Of a DNA stretch of 30,596 nucleotides, positions 9,316 to 18,308 are shown piece by piece. Every line of letters starts with the position of its first letter. Position 1 is the first letter of the stretch. Made by a program: the position numbers and the translations under genes. The stretch spans positions 7,781 through 38,376 of the forward strand of contig CBFGJZ010000015.1 in the NCBI GenBank assembly GCA_965649215.1, given 5' to 3'. This stretch comes from a candidate division WOR-3 bacterium (GTDB lineage: Bacteria > Hydrothermota > Tepidihabitantia > Tepidihabitantales > CAIPLT01). Below the pieces are notes generated by a model that worked only from the letters and a program-made list of their open reading frames with translations, was not told the DNA's origin and did not search any database.

Positions 9316-9343
9316 ATTCTAATATAGTTCGCATAATTGTCAA
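9316..9343 (-). promoter_or_regulatory. Putative sigma70 promoter for the 1193-aa gene, implying a ~300-nt 5' leader
   Basis: Minus-strand TTGACA (9343-9338), 16-nt spacer, TAGAAT (9321-9316). Confidence 0.55.
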
Positions 9344-9497
9344 GAGCATATTTATTGTGTTCAATGAGTAACAACTTTTCTAACTCTTTATCAATCAATA
9401 AAAACAATCAAAGCTATCTTATTTTTTCTGAATATTATAAAAATCCTATTTAAGGGGGTAAAAAATTATTATTGTTTTATAAAAGGAAATAGCAATG

Positions 9498-9673
9498 AGA
9501 TGCTGAAATAAGTTGACTTGGTTGCACTCCGTCATCACTTCGCGACCAGCATGACACAGGAAACATAGAATAATATCTTTGCGAGGAGCGACAGCGACGA
9601 AGCAATCTTACAGCCGGTAAAGATAACTTTAAAAAATCTCTAGCAAGATTGCTATGTTTTTGACTGTAATGAC
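9498..9673 (+). repeat. Composite intergenic repeat, copy 2, plus a degenerate inverse arm (9645-9673)
   Basis: Direct repeat of 4873-5008. Contains TCTTTGCGAGGAGCGACAGCGACGAAGCAATCTTACAGCCGGTAA, then AAGATTGCT...GTAATGAC. Confidence 0.9.
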
Positions 9674-9744
9674 AAAAAACAATCTGTCATTAAAGTCTCT
9701 TCATTCTCTTTATACTTATAAAGATAAAACTATTAAATTTATAA

Positions 9745-9772
9745 TTGACAATCTAAAATCCCCTCTTATAAT
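9745..9772 (+). promoter_or_regulatory. Consensus sigma70 promoter for lysS, leaderless geometry
   Basis: TTGACA (9745-9750), 16-nt spacer, TATAAT (9767-9772), then 6 nt to ATG 9779; no SD. Confidence 0.75.
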
Positions 9773-9778
9773 AACTCT

Positions 9779-11245
9779 ATGTCAAATACAGATAATCTAC
9801 ATGATGAGCGGACTTTTCGTTTAGAAAAATTAAAGAAAATAAATGCAGAATGGGGTCTACCCTATCGATTTGAACGTACTCATACCAATCAAGAGATTAT
9901 TGATAATTTTGATGTGTTAAGTAATAGTAAACAGACAGTTCGAGTTGCAGGCCGTTTAATCGCTAAACGAGAACATGGTAAGACCAAATTTGGTCATCTT
10001 CAAGACCAAAGCAATAAAATCCAAATCTATTTTCGTAAAGATATTTTACTAGATCTATTTGATAAACTTGAGTTAATTGATATCGGTGATATTCTTGGAA
10101 TTGAAGGCGAAGTATTTAAAACCCATACCAATGAAATTACCATCGTTGTTAAAAACTATCAGATCTTAAATAAATCACTACATCCATTACCAGAAAAATG
10201 GCATGGCTTAAAAGATATTGAATTAAAATATCGTCAACGCTATCTTGACTTAATTGCTAACCCCCTATCTAAACAAGTTCTGCTTAGTCGTAGCCAAATC
10301 TTAAAACTCTTACGCGCTTTTTTTGATGCGCAGGGTTTTGTTGAATTCGAAACTCCAATTCTTCAACCCATTTATGGCGGCGCCGCAGCAAAACCTTTTG
10401 AAACCTATTACAATGTATTAGAAGAAAAAATGTTCTTGCGTATTTCTGATGAACTCTATCTTAAACGACTTATTATCGGAGGTATTGAAAAAGTTTACGA
10501 GATTGGTAAAGACTTTCGTAACGAAGGCTTAGATAGATTTCATAATCCTGAATTCACTCAATTAGAATGCTATGAAGCATATAAAGACTATCACGATATG
10601 ATGGATTTAGTTGAAAAACTGATGTGCTATCTAACGGAAAAGTTATATGGCACAACGAAAATAAAATTCCAACAATATGAATTAGATTTCAGCAAAAAGT
10701 GGCAACGCATAAAATTTTGCGATGTGCTCGAGTCAAAACTCAATCTTGATATCTTAACGACTGAGCATAAAATCATTGAAGAAAAAGCAATTGAATTGGG
10801 TGTCTTGGATAAGAATACCTATCCCCGTCCAACTTTAGCCAAACTCTTAGATAAGCTCTTTTCCCATCTCATCCAAAAAGAAATCATCCAACCCACTTTT
10901 GTCATTGACTATCCTAAAATTACTACGCCCTTAGCTCGTAATCATCGAGATAATCCATTATTAGTAGAACGGTTTGAACCAATTATCTGTGGTATTGAAA
11001 TTGGCAATGCTTTCTCAGAACTTAATGACCCAATTGAGCAACGCAAACGATTTGAAGAACAACTCCAACGCCAAGAAGAATTTGCCACCTTAGATGAAGA
11101 CTTTATCAAAGCATTAGAATATGGTATGCCACCAACCGCGGGTTTAGGTTTAGGCATTGACCGCATCACTATGATTTTAACTAATTCTGATTCAATTCGT
11201 GATGTCATTCCTTTTCCACAATTAAAGAAGTTAGATACTATCTAA
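9779..11245 (+). CDS. lysS: Lysine--tRNA ligase, class II
   Basis: OB-fold N-terminus; PLPEKWHGL, YRQRYLDL, FRNEG...HNPEFT, ERFE and EYGMPPTAGLGLGIDR motifs. Confidence 0.98.
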   Translation: MSNTDNLHDERTFRLEKLKKINAEWGLPYRFERTHTNQEIIDNFDVLSNSKQTVRVAGRLIAKREHGKTKFGHLQDQSNKIQIYFRKDILLDLFDKLELIDIGDILGIEGEVFKTHTNEITIVVKNYQILNKSLHPLPEKWHGLKDIELKYRQRYLDLIANPLSKQVLLSRSQILKLLRAFFDAQGFVEFETPILQPIYGGAAAKPFETYYNVLEEKMFLRISDELYLKRLIIGGIEKVYEIGKDFRNEGLDRFHNPEFTQLECYEAYKDYHDMMDLVEKLMCYLTEKLYGTTKIKFQQYELDFSKKWQRIKFCDVLESKLNLDILTTEHKIIEEKAIELGVLDKNTYPRPTLAKLLDKLFSHLIQKEIIQPTFVIDYPKITTPLARNHRDNPLLVERFEPIICGIEIGNAFSELNDPIEQRKRFEEQLQRQEEFATLDEDFIKALEYGMPPTAGLGLGIDRITMILTNSDSIRDVIPFPQLKKLDTI

Positions 11246-12454
11246 ATGTTTGAATTATTTATCGCCCGGCGTTATCTTCGCGCTAAGGGCAAACGATTTT
11301 TCTCGGCAAGCGCTTTTTCTGCAATTATGGGTATCTTTGTCGGAGTAGCCGCTATTATCATCGTGTTATCAGTAATGAATGGGTTCCATCAAGAACTAAA
11401 AGACCGTATTTTAGGACTCACCCCCCATATCATTATTACTAAATATAATTATGACAATATCAGTAATTATGATTCCTTGCTTAAGATTGTCCGTAGTTTT
11501 CCTGGTGTGATTGCGGCAGAACCATTTATTTACACTAAAACCATAATTCGTCGAGAAAATGTTTCGGATGGTATTGTCGTACGGGGTATCATTAATGACC
11601 CGAATGGCGAAATTATCGACTTACGCAAAGACATTGTTGAAGGTAGTTTTGATTTGTCTGAAAACAATATTATTTTAGGTCTTGATTTAGCTCGCAGTAT
11701 TGGAGCGCGAGTTGGTGATGCTGTTACTTTGGTTGCTCCTTTTGCGGGTGAAGCGACCCCGTTCGGTAATCTGCCCAAAATTAAAAATTTCCATGTCAGC
11801 GCCATCTTTGATGCTGGCATGTATGACTATAACACCAGTTTTGTCTATTTAAGCTTAAAAAGCCTGCAAGATTTTTTAGGCATGACTGATGTTGTTTCGG
11901 GTATTGAGTTAAAAGTAAAAAATATTAATGCCACACCGAAGATGGTAAAACAACTCCGTATCCAATTAGGCTATCCTTATCGAATTATTGATTGGATGAC
12001 GATGAACCGAAATATTTTTACTGCCTTAAGATTAGAAAAAGTTGTTACTTTTATTGTGTTAGTTTTAATAGTTTTAGTTGCGGCACTGGGAATTATTGGT
12101 CTTTTAGTGATGATGGTAATCAGAAAAACCAAAGAAATCGGTATTCTCACTGCCATGGGGACTAAAAAGAAAAGCATTATTAAAATATTCATCTTCACCG
12201 GTTTCTTGATTGGTCTGATCGGTACGATTGGTGGCGCAATTTTTGGAATTGTCGTATCTGTTTTATTAGACAAATACCGAATTATCAATCTGCCTGGCGA
12301 TGTCTATTTTATTAAAAATCTACCGGTGCAAGTTAGTCTAACTGATATTGTATTAGTAACAGTTGTCGCTTTAGCGATATCTTTTCTGTCCACTATCTAT
12401 CCCGCTTATAAAGCAGCAAACTTAACACCCGTTGAAGCAATTCGTAATGAATAA
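11246..12454 (+). CDS. lolE: Lipoprotein-releasing ABC transporter permease (LolC/E family)
   Basis: FELFIARRYL, VLSVMNGF, EIGILTAMG, YPAYKAANLTPVEAIRNE; lysS-lolC/E-lolD gene order. Assignment among LolC, LolE and LolF is not resolvable by eye. Confidence 0.9.
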   Translation: MFELFIARRYLRAKGKRFFSASAFSAIMGIFVGVAAIIIVLSVMNGFHQELKDRILGLTPHIIITKYNYDNISNYDSLLKIVRSFPGVIAAEPFIYTKTIIRRENVSDGIVVRGIINDPNGEIIDLRKDIVEGSFDLSENNIILGLDLARSIGARVGDAVTLVAPFAGEATPFGNLPKIKNFHVSAIFDAGMYDYNTSFVYLSLKSLQDFLGMTDVVSGIELKVKNINATPKMVKQLRIQLGYPYRIIDWMTMNRNIFTALRLEKVVTFIVLVLIVLVAALGIIGLLVMMVIRKTKEIGILTAMGTKKKSIIKIFIFTGFLIGLIGTIGGAIFGIVVSVLLDKYRIINLPGDVYFIKNLPVQVSLTDIVLVTVVALAISFLSTIYPAYKAANLTPVEAIRNE

Positions 12455-12488
12455 TTATATCTTTTTAGAGTTATCCAAGTCTAATATA

Positions 12489-12517
12489 TTGACGGAAATA
12501 ATGAGAAGATTTATAAT
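12489..12517 (+). promoter_or_regulatory. Putative internal promoter upstream of lolD-mcsA-mcsB
   Basis: TTGACG, 17-nt spacer, TATAAT within the 82-nt gap between lolE and lolD. Confidence 0.6.
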
Positions 12518-12536
12518 TATTGTATAGTAATTACCA

Positions 12537-13223
12537 ATGAATAATACAATATTAAAAGCAGAAAATATTAGCAAGACTTTTATTTCAGGTAATGAAACAT
12601 TGCCTGTCCTGCAAGATATTAATTTAGAAGTAAAAACATCGGATTGGGTCTGCATTTTAGGTCCCTCAGGCAGTGGTAAAAGTACTTTATTGCATATTTT
12701 GGGTGGCCTTGATTTTCCTGATCAGGGTAAGGTTACAATTAATAATACCCCATTAGAACATAAAAATTATGAAGAACTTGCAAAAATTCGTAATCAGTAT
12801 ATTGGCTTTGTCTTCCAATTTCATCATCTCTTGCCCGAATTCAATGTTTTAGAAAATGTAGCCATGCCTTTATTGATTAACGGTCTTAGTAAAGAAGCAG
12901 CTTTTGCTCAAGCTGAACAGACTCTTCAAGAAATCAATTTTTGGGAACGACGAATGGCACGTCCGACTGAGTTATCAGGTGGAGAAAAACAAAAAGTTGC
13001 CGTAGCCCGAGCCTTGGTCACTAACCCTGTCATTATCTTAGCCGACGAACCCACTGGTAATCTTGACGCTGCCAACAGCGAAGCTTTACTTACCCTTCTT
13101 AAAACACTTAATCAAACTAAACATATCACCATTTTAAGTGTTACTCATAATCAAAATGTTGTGAATTATGCAACTCGTAAATTATGGTTGAAAAATGGCA
13201 AATTAATTGAAAGCACTTTATAA
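12537..13223 (+). CDS. lolD: Lipoprotein-releasing ABC transporter ATP-binding protein
   Basis: GPSGSGKST, GFVFQFHHLLPEF (LolD motif), LSGGE, ADEPTGNLD. Confidence 0.93.
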   Translation: MNNTILKAENISKTFISGNETLPVLQDINLEVKTSDWVCILGPSGSGKSTLLHILGGLDFPDQGKVTINNTPLEHKNYEELAKIRNQYIGFVFQFHHLLPEFNVLENVAMPLLINGLSKEAAFAQAEQTLQEINFWERRMARPTELSGGEKQKVAVARALVTNPVIILADEPTGNLDAANSEALLTLLKTLNQTKHITILSVTHNQNVVNYATRKLWLKNGKLIESTL

Positions 13224-13225
13224 TT

Positions 13226-13720
13226 ATGAAACATTGTAGTCTTTGTCAAAAACCCGAAGTTACTATTATCATTACGACCATTGATAAAGATGGAAAAGTT
13301 TGTGAGCTTGCTTTGTGTAAGGAATGCGCCGAAAAAAAGGGTGTCGGTGAAATAAAAAAATCTTTTCTCCCCCCTCAAGTTATCTTATCTGAACTCCAAG
13401 AAAAAATCACTAATGATGATTATCAATTAACTTGTCCTGCTTGTGGTATCTCCTATGCTGATTTTCGTAAACATGGTCGTTTAGGTTGTGAAAATTGTTA
13501 TCTCGCATTTAGTGAAAAATTGGAAGTACTTATTAAACGATTGCACGGCACAACCAGTCATATTGGTAAATCGGTCACACCCAGTAAAAAACTAGTTGCC
13601 GATCGTTTTGAAATAAAAAAATTACAGTTGAGTCTCAAAAAAGCAATCCAAGAAGAAGATTATGAAAGAGCTGCTGCGATTCGTGATCAAATTCGTCAAA
13701 TTCGGCAAAACACAACATAA
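13226..13720 (+). CDS. mcsA: Protein-arginine kinase activator McsA
   Basis: Four CxxC pairs, GRLGCxxCY, HG...HIGK, C-terminal UVR motif EDYERAAAIRDQI; adjacent to mcsB. Confidence 0.93.
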   Translation: MKHCSLCQKPEVTIIITTIDKDGKVCELALCKECAEKKGVGEIKKSFLPPQVILSELQEKITNDDYQLTCPACGISYADFRKHGRLGCENCYLAFSEKLEVLIKRLHGTTSHIGKSVTPSKKLVADRFEIKKLQLSLKKAIQEEDYERAAAIRDQIRQIRQNTT

Positions 13721-14838
13721 TGATGCGTAACGAAGCTTTAACTCTAATAAATAAAACGGTCCCGCCTTGGCTTGACCAAGAAAGTCAAAATTCTTCGATT
13801 GTCATTTCAAGTCGTGTTCGGTATGCGCGAAATTTAGCTGGTATTCCTTTTCCCAACCGCGCATCTAACTATGAATTAAACCAAGTATATAATATGATAA
13901 GCGAAAGTATTAAAAAAGATTCTGATCTGAAAACAATTTTTCCTGTTCACAATCCTATTGCGTTAGATAGAATTACGCGACTGCAAGCAGAATTTCTCTT
14001 AGAACGACACCTTATCTCTCCTGATTTTGCTCAGAAATGTATACCCCGCAAAGATATAAAAAATAATCATCATCTCAAAGCATATGGTGTTGCCGTTAGT
14101 GAAGATGAAACTGTCAGTTTAATGATTAATGAAGAAGATCATATGCGTCTTCAAGTGATTATGAGCGGATTGAATTTTGAACAAGGTTTTAATCGTCTAA
14201 ATTATATTGATAATAAATTTGAATCTTTACTTCGCTATGCTTACTCACCTCGCTATGGTTATCTTACCGCTTGTCCAAGTAATATTGGTACTGCATTGCG
14301 GGCATCCATCTTAATACATCTCCCGGCTTTGGTGATTACCAAAGAAATTGAAAAGACCCTTCGTGCAATTTGGCAAATTAATTATATGGTTCGTGGTCTT
14401 TATGGCGAAGGCACAGAAACTAAAGGCTATCTTTTCCAAATATCCAATACTAGTAGTTTGGGACAATCTGAAGCTGATATCATAACCAATATTACCAAAA
14501 TCGCTCAGGAATTAGTTAATTATGAAGAACAATCACGTGAATATTTACTTAAAAATATGAAATTAGAAATTGAAGATAAGATTTATCGCGCTTATGGTTT
14601 ATTAACGAGTGCTCGTCTCTTAAGCAGTGAAGAAGCATTAAATCTTTTAGCAACGGTACGACTTGGCGTCGCAACCCAAATTTTAACTAATGTTTCATTA
14701 AGCACTTTAAATAAAATTATGATTCTTTTAAAACCTGCTAATTTACAATTATTCTATAATCAGAAAATGACACCTCAGGAAAGAGATGAAAAACGTGCTT
14801 CCCTTATTCGTCAAATTTTATCCGAACAAAAAAATTAA
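13720..14838 (+). CDS. mcsB: Protein-arginine kinase McsB
   Basis: SSRVRYARN, ERHLIS, MINEEDHMR, GYLTACPSNIGT, VRGLYGEG, FQISN; TAATG overlap with mcsA. Confidence 0.94.
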   Translation: MMRNEALTLINKTVPPWLDQESQNSSIVISSRVRYARNLAGIPFPNRASNYELNQVYNMISESIKKDSDLKTIFPVHNPIALDRITRLQAEFLLERHLISPDFAQKCIPRKDIKNNHHLKAYGVAVSEDETVSLMINEEDHMRLQVIMSGLNFEQGFNRLNYIDNKFESLLRYAYSPRYGYLTACPSNIGTALRASILIHLPALVITKEIEKTLRAIWQINYMVRGLYGEGTETKGYLFQISNTSSLGQSEADIITNITKIAQELVNYEEQSREYLLKNMKLEIEDKIYRAYGLLTSARLLSSEEALNLLATVRLGVATQILTNVSLSTLNKIMILLKPANLQLFYNQKMTPQERDEKRASLIRQILSEQKN

Positions 14839-14851
14839 AGTATCTTTCTTC

Positions 14852-14880
14852 TTGACAAATCTCGTTTTTTTTACTAATCT
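14852..14880 (+). promoter_or_regulatory. Putative promoter for speB
   Basis: TTGACA, 17-nt spacer, TAATCT. Confidence 0.5.
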
Positions 14881-14925
14881 AGCTAATTCGAAAATATTCG
14901 TATCCATATTAATGAATTTATAAGT

Positions 14926-15771
14926 ATGCATTTTGATTTTGCGAACGCATCTTATCAAGAAGCAGATTATATTATTGTTGGCATTCCTTATGACCGAAGT
15001 AGTTCTTTTGTCCCCGGCAACCGCTTTGGACCTGCTTTTGCTCGGATCGCTTCTATGAATGTTGAAAGTTATAGTCCTTATTTTCAAAAAGATTTAAATA
15101 GTTTAAATATCCATGATGCTGGTGATCTTAACTTACTCTTTAGCTCAACCAAACAAACCTTTACGCAAATTCAACGCTCGATTCGAAAACATTTACTCAA
15201 AAATAAACGAGTCCTCGTAGTTGGTGGAGAACATACAATTACAATACCGATCGTACACGAATTATCAAGACATTATCCGAATTTATACTTAATTCAACTT
15301 GATGCTCATTCGGATACTCGCGATGAATTATTAGGCGATAAATATTCCCATGCTACCGTTATTAAACGTATTCGCGAATTCCTGCCCGAAAAACGCATTT
15401 ATCAATTGGGTCTTCGCTCCACAACTTCTCCTCAAGAAAACCCTCAACAATATCTATTCTCGGTTCAAAAATATCTCGATAATATTCAAAAACACATTGG
15501 CCGTAATCCTTGTTATCTAACTTTAGATATCGATGTCTTAGATTGCGGTATTTTCCCCGCAGTACAAACACCAGTACCCAATGGCATAAGTTATCAAGAG
15601 CTTTTTAATTCAATTATCAAATTAAGCAAATCAAATATTATTGGTTGTGACATTGTCGAATACAACCCAATGATTTCTAACAGTCTAACTTATGCATCAG
15701 TGATTGCAGAAATCATTCGAGAATTAATTCTGATGATGTCTCAATCACAGTTTAAATATGCACCCAAATAA
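14926..15771 (+). CDS. speB: Agmatinase (ureohydrolase family)
   Basis: GIPYD...RFGP, GGEHTIT, DAHSD, DIDVLD and TPVPNG motifs. Confidence 0.88.
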   Translation: MHFDFANASYQEADYIIVGIPYDRSSSFVPGNRFGPAFARIASMNVESYSPYFQKDLNSLNIHDAGDLNLLFSSTKQTFTQIQRSIRKHLLKNKRVLVVGGEHTITIPIVHELSRHYPNLYLIQLDAHSDTRDELLGDKYSHATVIKRIREFLPEKRIYQLGLRSTTSPQENPQQYLFSVQKYLDNIQKHIGRNPCYLTLDIDVLDCGIFPAVQTPVPNGISYQELFNSIIKLSKSNIIGCDIVEYNPMISNSLTYASVIAEIIRELILMMSQSQFKYAPK

Positions 15772-15853
15772 AAACCATCTTCTTGAATCTTTATTAACTT
15801 TATTTAAGTTATATCCTCAAGAAGATAACCTATTAAGAGGAGGATTTTAAAGT

Positions 15854-16018
15854 ATGTGTTGTCGCGCTTGTTCGGGCTATGATATCTGTCAGAGTAAAGC
15901 CCAACTTAGAGATGATTGTTGCACTCAATGTAAATATTTTACTTCTTGTATGGATTTACCGGAAGAAGAACGAGAAAAACCAAAACCCAATGCGTCGAAA
16001 AAAAGATTTAATCGTTAA
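15854..16018 (+). CDS. Cys-rich microprotein A (54 aa, basic C-terminal end)
   Basis: Below the ORF-track length cutoff. GAGGAGG SD; translation MCCRACSGYDICQSKAQLRDDCCTQCKYFTSCMDLPEEEREKPKPNASKKRFNR; Cys pattern identical to the neighbouring ORF. Confidence 0.85.
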   Translation: MCCRACSGYDICQSKAQLRDDCCTQCKYFTSCMDLPEEEREKPKPNASKKRFNR

Positions 16019-16065
16019 TGATTATTCTTTATAATTTAAAAGGACTAAAGTAAAAAGGAGGGAAA

Positions 16066-16221
16066 ATGTGTTGCGAAGTATGTCCTTATTATGATGAATG
16101 TCGCGATATGGAAACGCTCAATGAAAATTGTTGTCCTGAATGTCCTGATTATGAAGAATGCCAAGCGAATGAAAAATACGACGAAGAAGATACAGATTTT
16201 ATCGCGGATGACGAATACTAA
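16066..16221 (+). CDS. Cys-rich microprotein B (51 aa, acidic)
   Basis: Below the ORF-track length cutoff. AAAGGAGG SD; translation MCCEVCPYYDECRDMETLNENCCPECPDYEECQANEKYDEEDTDFIADDEY; its stop overlaps the convergent gene's stop by 4 nt. Confidence 0.87.
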   Translation: MCCEVCPYYDECRDMETLNENCCPECPDYEECQANEKYDEEDTDFIADDEY

Positions 16222-18308
16222 TTAACCACCGCAAATTTTAAAATTAACTTCTCTTTTGGTGTTGTTACGAGCGCTAAATAAATACCCGTAGCAATATTAA
16301 TTGGTCTCCACCTTACACCGCAATAAATAGGATTGGTCAATAATTCACAAATATAATTTCCCTGTAAGTCAAATATTTTAATTTTTGCAGATTGTGGCAA
16401 ACTATCAAAAGTTATCACTGAATGAATGGTTTTACTAAACGGATTAGGATATATTCTTACCCGATTGAGAGTAGTTGTTGATGTTATCTGAAAATTATAT
16501 TGACTAATCCCTTCTTTTGTCGCAATAAGTAAAAAACCATTTTCTTCATCAACATATAACCATTGGTAAAATTTTTCGTCATTATCTTCATTCGCGATTA
16601 TGCCACAATTAGAAGCTGTATAGTGTGACCACCGATTAGAAAATATATCATAAGAAGATAGACCTTGCGGATGTAACATCCACACCCTACCCCATTTATC
16701 TGATTTAATTCGAACGACTTTATCATTGAGAATCTGTGAATTGGTAGTATTATAGGTACGAAAAGTATCTTTTTCTAAAATAACCGCTCCTTGATTTGTC
16801 GCACACCAAACTCGATTATTAAGATCAACTGTTAGCGACATAATTTCTAAATAGGAATAGATTTTTGAAACAATATCAGATAAATTATTATCATTATATT
16901 TTATTCGCAATAAACCGCCTGACCAACCTAACCAGCCTGTATTTTCTCTATCAAAAACTAATTCATACCCATGTTTTTCAGGTCTCGATAGCCCTGGTAT
17001 TGTAAATTCATAAACTGAATCGTCCGTAAGGGCGATCAAAGTATTAGCTTGGTTATGAAACCATTTAACTTGATTATTATCAATCCCTAAGGCACCAACA
17101 ACTCCTTTAAGTCCAGACCAACTTTTTACTAACCATGAGTCATTAATTGGATCATATCGAGTCAATCCTCCATTAAGTATCCAATGACCAAACCAAATAT
17201 AATTGTCATTATCTATAACTGCAATATAACTATTTGCAATCGAATCCAATAAAATTTGCCAATTGTTATTTGACTTCTTTAAACTGATTATTTGATTACC
17301 AACCGGATAGTGCATTGCATAAATATTGCCCTCGCGATCAGAAATTGCACTTGAAACAATATTCATTGCTAATCCATTATTTTTAAACTCCTGCCAACTG
17401 TTATTTTGTTGTAATTGTAGACCTCCCCCCAGATAAACATAACCACCCACTCCAAGCCAAAGTCCATTGGAAAATAAAATTGAACGAGTATCTTCGTTAA
17501 AAATAAAAGATAAATTATTACCATTGTATTGTAATAGACCATTGCGGGTTGCCACATAAAATTTATTATCATAATAAGCTAGATCAAAAATTGTATATCG
17601 CTCGGGAAATAATACTACCATCTCAAACCCCGTTCCATTAAAACGAGCAATGCCTTGTTCTGTGGCAATGTGCAAAGTATCATTGACAACAAGCATTGCT
17701 TTGACAGAATCACCAAACGGATGTAAAATGATATTGTAATTTTGGAGATTACGGTTTAACCTAATAAGTCCAGGACACGCACTAATCCAAAAATCATTAT
17801 GCACGCCTATCGCAAATACTTGGCACGAAACTTGACTTGGTAAGATTCGAGCCATGACTACATCGTCATCTATTGATGCCGTACCTCGGGTATCAATCAC
17901 AATAAGACCATTTTGAGTGCCTGCTAAAATTGTATCTCCGCTCCGTGCTAAACAATTAATTGTATTCTGTTCTATTGAACCTAAATCGCGATAACAGTTT
18001 ATTTGTTTTGTGGTGGGGTCAAAGATTGCAATACCACGATTTGTCCCGAGCCACAATTTTTGATTGCTATCAAATAACAGACAATTTATCCGATTTGAAG
18101 GTATGCCATCAACATTAGTATAAACTCGTATAAAACTACTTTCACTTTTGGAAAAAACTGTGAAACCACCGCGTGTTGCGCAGTAGAGATAATCATTGTC
18201 TGCAGTTATATCGTTAATAAAATTAGTATTCGTATATGTCTTCCATGCGTTGCCGATTGCAACATTGATGAGGATAACAGTTGTAAAAAATATCTGTTTT
18301 ATTGTAAT
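16218..18308 (-). CDS. PorZ-like / two-component-regulator-type beta-propeller protein with CTD (about 696 aa; start extended to ATT 18308)
   Basis: The frame is open 84 codons upstream of the track's TTG start, adding a signal peptide and WKTYTNTNFINDI...YCATRGG...YTNVDGIPSN propeller blades. C-terminus IYPNPF...IFDLQG...TGIYLA...KFAVVN. Confidence 0.75.
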   Translation of the reverse strand: MTIKQIFFTTVILINVAIGNAWKTYTNTNFINDITADNDYLYCATRGGFTVFSKSESSFIRVYTNVDGIPSNRINCLLFDSNQKLWLGTNRGIAIFDPTTKQINCYRDLGSIEQNTINCLARSGDTILAGTQNGLIVIDTRGTASIDDDVVMARILPSQVSCQVFAIGVHNDFWISACPGLIRLNRNLQNYNIILHPFGDSVKAMLVVNDTLHIATEQGIARFNGTGFEMVVLFPERYTIFDLAYYDNKFYVATRNGLLQYNGNNLSFIFNEDTRSILFSNGLWLGVGGYVYLGGGLQLQQNNSWQEFKNNGLAMNIVSSAISDREGNIYAMHYPVGNQIISLKKSNNNWQILLDSIANSYIAVIDNDNYIWFGHWILNGGLTRYDPINDSWLVKSWSGLKGVVGALGIDNNQVKWFHNQANTLIALTDDSVYEFTIPGLSRPEKHGYELVFDRENTGWLGWSGGLLRIKYNDNNLSDIVSKIYSYLEIMSLTVDLNNRVWCATNQGAVILEKDTFRTYNTTNSQILNDKVVRIKSDKWGRVWMLHPQGLSSYDIFSNRWSHYTASNCGIIANEDNDEKFYQWLYVDEENGFLLIATKEGISQYNFQITSTTTLNRVRIYPNPFSKTIHSVITFDSLPQSAKIKIFDLQGNYICELLTNPIYCGVRWRPINIATGIYLALVTTPKEKLILKFAVVN

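Noticed and set aside
4873-9627. Composite transposon or integrative element
   Set aside because: No transposase or integrase, and no evident target-site duplication; reported only as direct repeats.
15854-16221. Microproteins as ranthipeptide/sactipeptide RiPP precursors
   Set aside because: Cys residues start at position 2, leaving no leader peptide, and no radical SAM enzyme, peptidase or exporter is adjacent.
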